Assembly (NCBI RefSeq): GCF_009914755.1 | Contig: NC_060947.1 | Strand: one strand, 5' to 3' | Length of the DNA stretch: 64,000 bases | DNA from: the human T2T-CHM13v2.0 reference genome, Homo sapiens | Part shown: positions 58,288 through 64,000 of the stretch, in pieces | How the letters are laid out: the number at the start of each line of letters is the position of its first letter | How positions within the stretch are numbered: position 1 is the stretch's first letter | Notes under the pieces: model-generated | Seen by the model: the letters and a program-made list of their open reading frames with translations, nothing else | Databases searched by the model: none | Told to the model about the DNA's origin: nothing | Position numbers and translations under genes: made by a program

Positions 58288-61020
58288 GCCATAAAGGCAA
58301 AATAGGAAAAATAAAGGTTCTCTGTATTTCTTTCATTTTTGCAAATTACTCTTCAGCCATTTACACCTTATTGCATATATGTTATCCATGTTTTAAATAT
58401 GACACTTCCTAGTGTGGATTTCCAAATCTGAATAATTTTCTTTAACTATAAGGAAACAATAAGAATGTATGAGAGAATGGGGGAGTTGATATATTCATAT
58501 ATTTGATAAGAAGACCTTTTAGTTTATTTTTTAAGATACTTATAGCTTATCTTAAGATGACAATCAAATGACAATTTAACAAAGTGGAATTTACTTTTAG
58601 GAAATTAGTTAGATAATAATACGCAGGATTTAAAAAAAAAAACAGATTAACAATGAAGAGAAAGTTCCCAAGTCAATCTTCATCCACCGCCTTTCCACAG
58701 CACTCCACGAGACTGCTTCCAATTGTTGATGTGGGTATTCTTGCCTGAGAAGGGAGAAACAATTCTGTGAGCAAAGTACAAATATGGCACTGCACTTTCA
58801 AATGAACACTGGTGTAAGACAATGGAAAACAATTCCCCTCAAGTAGAAAATAACATATGCATCTCCATTTGAACTGTATGATTCTATTACAGCTCCATAA
58901 CCTCCGTGTTCAGATGTTAATGAAATACTTTTCAGCATGCTTTAATAGTCAGGATCCGCTCAATAAAAGCTTTACTGCTAAATGGTCGCATCCAGCTGTT
59001 CTCCCAGGGTTGTGTGGACCCTGCTGCCATGTGTCCATCAAAAGGAACAATGCAGAGGGGTCTCCGAAGGACTGCTTTGGCCAGTGTTAAGTGGCAGAAC
59101 GGCAATGTTTCCCTTTATGAGATGAAGGACGTTTGTACTTAACAGTCTTTAAGAAGAAGAAATACTGAGAGCAATTTCTGCAAAACCTTAAGATTAAATG
59201 CGTGGTTTTTCTCTATTGTACTGCATCTGGTTTCCGTAGAATGAATCTTGTTGATGCCAGTCTCAAGGTTGCTATTCTTTGTGCTTTTAAACCAAGGTCA
59301 AGCAAGAGGCAGCTCAGAGGCCTTGAGATTGTCATTGACAAGGAAAATAGAAGCTTTATAGCTGGAGCACTAATTAATCATTTCTAGAAAAATAGAAATA
59401 GGAAAAATATAAACATATACATACATACACATATATGTATACACATAAAATTTTGCATGTCAACAGCTACTAAAAGTTTACTTTGTGATCTTATCCTTAA
59501 AATTGTATGTGTATAAACATACTTTAGGATACATTTAAATGTATGTTCTGTAGCTAGATGAGTTTAGAGAAAAAATATAAAGTGGTTTCTATTACAATAT
59601 CTTTCTGAATTACTGTTGAAGTCCAGGCTGCTCTTCAAGAAGTCTGAAGTTTCAGAATTAACTGTTTCAATTAAAATCCTAATCTTTGTCACCAATGAGT
59701 TTCACTGGATCCCAATATCTCATAAGTAACTTAAGACAAAGAATGCTGTTCACAGCATGTTTATCTCCATACACAAAATATAATAAACATCAGAATAATT
59801 CACATATGAAGCATTTCTCAAAATAAGTGTTTAAGTGCAGAAGTGCAGAAGTTATACATGAAAACTAATTTGCAAAGTCATAGTTTACTTATTCTGGCCT
59901 TTCTTCACCAACATTTCATGAGCATGTTAGGTTCCAGATGTTTGAAACAACTTTACTACAGACAAAAAGTATATTTCAGATATTTTTCTGAAATATCTAA
60001 CACAGTACAGAGTTTATTTATTCCAGGCTCACAAACACTTTTTGTTCATTGCTAGTTTGGAAGTTTGGCTGATTTTTAGTTACCTTAAAGATGTTTACCT
60101 CACACTGAAATTTAGAAATTGCTTTCAGGAAGAAGTTCTATTCTATTTTAATCTATAAAGAACATCATGCTATAGGAAAGCAGACTCTTCTAATTTAAAA
60201 AGATAATATGAGTACAGTAATATTTCATTCTTCCAGAATGTTAAGAAATCAAATATTATGTATAATTCATTCTTTCATTACATAAACGTTTACTGAAAAC
60301 TGACTACCACCAGGAATTCTATGAGGCTCTAAAGATAGATCAAAGTATCCTCGTGGAATTTTGGATCTTACTGTAAGTGAGGGAGTGCAATCACTTTCCT
60401 GACAGAAGTAAGAAGTGCCTGCTGTGGAAAAATATAGGGAGGCCACTCAAACCAGAATGGGAGTTTAGATGGGGTTCCTAGAATAAGTAGCATCCAAACC
60501 AGTGCCCCAACAAGAGAAAGGATTGGCCAGGCTGAAGAAAACAGTGGCATTACAAGTAGCAGTAACAGTGAGCATTCAGAAGAAGAAAAAGATCTCAGAG
60601 GGATTCAAATATGTTTAGTTGTATCTTAAGTTTAACATTTGAAGAAAAGTTGGTGACAGATGAGGTTTTGAGAGGTGAGCCTGAGCAACCTCAATATGGT
60701 CCTATGAGCCCTGTTAAAACTCTATAAACCCTTGGCAACCCCAAGCCACTGAAGTGCTTCAATAAGGGATTATGATAAGATTTGTGTCTTAAAATGATTA
60801 CTCTACCCACAGGGTTGAGAATATAATGGAAGACAGAAAGACCAGAGGGAGGGAGACCAGACCCTCAAGGTATCAAACTGTGGTGGGCTGGTAGCTCTAA
60901 CTAAAATGGTGGCAGTGGTGATGGAGAAAAACTGATCTGATTGGAGCAGTGATTAATCAGTGGAATCAATAAGATTGGTGATTGGTTGTACCTGGAAAAC
61001 AAGGGCAACATAGGTTTATG

Positions 61021-61238
61021 CAGGGGTTTCTGCACCTTGGCACTATTGATATTTTGGGCCAGATTATTCTTTATTGTAGGGGACTGTATTGTGCGTTGTA
61101 TAATGTTTTGTAACATCCCTGGCCTCCATCCACTAAGCAACAGAGAAGCTCTCTCCTCCCAGTGACTACGAAAAATGTCTCCAAACATTGCCAAATGTCC
61201 CCCTGGAAAGCAAAATCGCCCTTGGTTGAGAACCACTG
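61021..61238. mobile_element. MER20 hAT MITE
   Basis: cttggcactattgatattttgggccaga...aaatgtctccaaacattgccaaatgtcccc...ggttgagaaccactg. Confidence 0.88.
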
Positions 61239-61252
61239 GTCTAGTCAAATGA

Positions 61253-61410
61253 CAGTTTTTCAACCTTAGTTCCACATTAAAATCACCTGGGAAGCTTTTT
61301 CAACACACTAATGCTTTCCCCTCATCCCCTACCCACTAGAATAAAATCTCTGAGGGTAAGACCACAGCTACTTTCTAAAATAATTCTAAAGTGCAGCTTG
61401 AGAGAGCTGT
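61253..61410. mobile_element. MER5-type MITE
   Basis: cagtttttcaaccttag...aatcacctgggaagctttt. Confidence 0.55.
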
Positions 61411-61899
61411 TGATATAGGTAGTTTTTAAATTTAAATTTGAAAAACCCAGATTAACATGCCTCCACAAATACCACACCTTTTATTAAATTTTAAACATTT
61501 TGAAGTAAAACTTCTAAATGTCCCTCTCTTCATAGTGAACATAATGTAAATATTCCCTTGTAATTCAGAACGACAATGATGAACATTTGAAAATATATTA
61601 ATATTCAATATATAGAAACTGTTGTTAGGCATTATTACAATGGCCCAAGACTATGATTCATTGCTGGTTTTCCATTTTTAAAAAAATATTTCTAGCTAGT
61701 CCAACAAATTATGGCATTTAAGGGCCATTTCTTGTTGCTATCAATGTTTCTATAATTATTATTTTCTTCCCTTACTTTCTCTCAGCAATCTTTATTCACT
61801 ACAACTCCCACTCTAATTTGGGGTTTTAATTAGCTGTAGACTGACCTAAATAATAACCAACATGGCTTTCAGGAAGATGGTAAGAATGTCTTCTGCAAA

Positions 61900-64000
61900 G
61901 TGATATAATATTTAGTACATGGGAAGCTTCTCAACTCATTCTGAGAGTCTTTTATAAGGCAAGCATCAAACTCAGACTAAAGATCACATGCATACACACA
62001 CAAAGAGAGAGAGAGGGAGGGAGAGGGAGGGACAGAGAACGAGAGAGAGAGAACATTCATCAATCAATATAGTTGCAAAAATATGAATAAAGCAACATCA
62101 AATCAATGTGTTAATAATACATCTAGACTACAAAATTTACCCCAGTAACAAAATGTTCAACATTAGGAAGGATAACAATGACATATAATATCTCATTATA
62201 TTTTATAATTAAAATAAAGAAAAAAGGAAAGGCATGTGATCATCTGTAATGGATGTTGAAAACAGGAGAAAATTTAATGACCATTCTTGTTTTTAGAAAG
62301 AATTCAAATTAGCTATCTATAAATACAAGATTTTCCTAAAGCTATGAAAATATTTCAAACTTAGGAAAAACATTAGAAACTCTGATTAGTTAAAAACAAG
62401 TTTTTTAAAAAATGCTTTCTTTCATTTCAGCTCAACAATTAAACATTGAATAAGCATTATTAGCCAATGTTAAAAAAAAAAGACATAGAAGGGAAATATG
62501 AAGGATAAATGCTGGAAAGAATGCAAAAATAGCCATGATTTGCACTGAATATTTTTTCTTTCTAAAATTTCAAGAAAATCAAATGATAAAGAAAAATAAG
62601 TTTTATAAAGAGTACAGAAAGGTAATAAGAAATATGGTAATCACACAAAAATCATTTTCTAATATACTAGTAATAATCAATTAGGAAATATAATGTAAAA
62701 AAGATCACATTCACATACGCAAAATAGCCTATGGATAAACCAAGAGTAAAATGTATAAGATTTAAATGGAGAAAATTATACAACTTCACTGAAAGCATGA
62801 AAGACTATCTGAATAAGTAGCTGTAGATAACATGTGCTTGAGAAGTAAGACTCAGCACTGCAAAAAGATTACTTCTTCCAAAATTAACCTAAAAGGTCAG
62901 TCCTAATCCTTGCCCCATTTAAATGTTTAATAAATCTTATAGTTTACCAAAAAATCTTATTCTGATGTTCATTAGGAATAGGAAATGTACAAAAATTTTA
63001 AAAGACTATTTTTAAATCATAGAAATTTTTCTTATGTATATGAAACATACTATAAAGAAATAAAATGATGTGACATTGGCAGAGGAATAAACACATAGAT
63101 CCTGAAAAAGAATAGAGTACAGACCCATCCCATAAGAGAATTTCTTAATATGAAAAAATGGAATTTCAAATCAATGGGGGAAAATGAATTATTTTACAAA
63201 TGGTGTTGGTACAAGTGTCTGTCACTCTGGAAAAAAAAAAACTAATATGCTATCCTTCACACCATACACAAAAATAAATTGCGAATGGGTGAAATATCTT
63301 AAGATTTAAAGTAAAACTACAAAAGTACCTGAAGAAAACAGAGTAGAGCATTTTCATATTCCTGATATGGGAGGGCCCTCTTAACCAAGACAATGAACTC
63401 AGAAACCACCAAAAAATGTTTGATGAAATTTGCTAAATGAAAGTAGAAAACTTCTACATTACAAAAGAGAGTATAGGCAGAGTTAAAAGATTAGCAAAAA
63501 CACTAAAGCAAAATATATTTGAGACATAGATCAGGCAAAGAATTGTCATCCATATTTTTTAAATCTTAAAAACTAAGAAAATGACAAACATAACAAAAAT
63601 AGGCAAAGAACATGAACAGATAGTTTACAAAATAAATTCAGATGGTCCATAAGTATGTGATAAAAGCACCTCACTAGTAATCATGAACATGAAAATTTGA
63701 CTTTTGCTACAATACCACTTTTCCCAAAATATTGTAAATACTGACAAATAACTTGATAGTTTGCAAGGGTATGGGGGAAAGGGGACTCTTACACATTGGT
63801 ATGGGGAAAAAGGGATTCTTACATGTTGTTAGTGGGGAGACAGTGTTACATCCTTTTTAAAGGACAATTTGGTAAAGTTATTAGAATTTTAAATGAATTG
63901 CACCCAGAAAATTCTAAATAAATTGCACCCAGAAAATTCTATCTCCAATCATATTTCCCACATAATGATCATATGTGGTGCCTAAAGAAATAGAGATCTT
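61900..64000 (+). mobile_element. Highly degraded old L1 (ORF2 region)
   Basis: A-rich strand with L1 relics (aaatggtgttgg, cttcacaccatacacaaaaataaatt, ggcaaagaacatgaacagatagtttaca). Confidence 0.7.

Overview
Primate, almost certainly human, non-coding genomic DNA (a human-lineage AluYb8 is present). It is AT-rich and dominated by interspersed repeats: Alu, L1, L2/MIR, MaLR LTRs and hAT MITEs. I recognised no cellular protein-coding exon, RNA gene or CRISPR array; the longer ORFs in the track are mostly Alu, L1 or ERV remnants and the rest are short chance frames. The main element is a ~5.9-kb two-LTR HERV-H provirus on the minus strand (33121-39052, TSD TACTC, tRNA-His PBS, degraded gag/pol, env largely absent). 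Its 5' LTR alone carries an extra 51-bp U3 repeat. The structure that repeat annotation does not explain is a set of locally templated copies: a ~217-bp-arm inverted repeat (47873-48463), two inverted insertions copied from DNA 0.5-1.3 kb away (27968-28009, 56796-56900) and a 79-bp direct duplication (15686 and 17709). There are also atypical retrotransposon insertions: a tailless Alu with a TSD, an AluYb8 without a TSD, and an L1 retaining only its promoter and ORF1 N-terminus. I found no convincing evidence of a new biological system; these look like mutational scars and candidate regulatory elements. Subfamily calls, boundaries and mismatch counts were made by eye from remembered consensus sequences and need RepeatMasker/Dfam confirmation.
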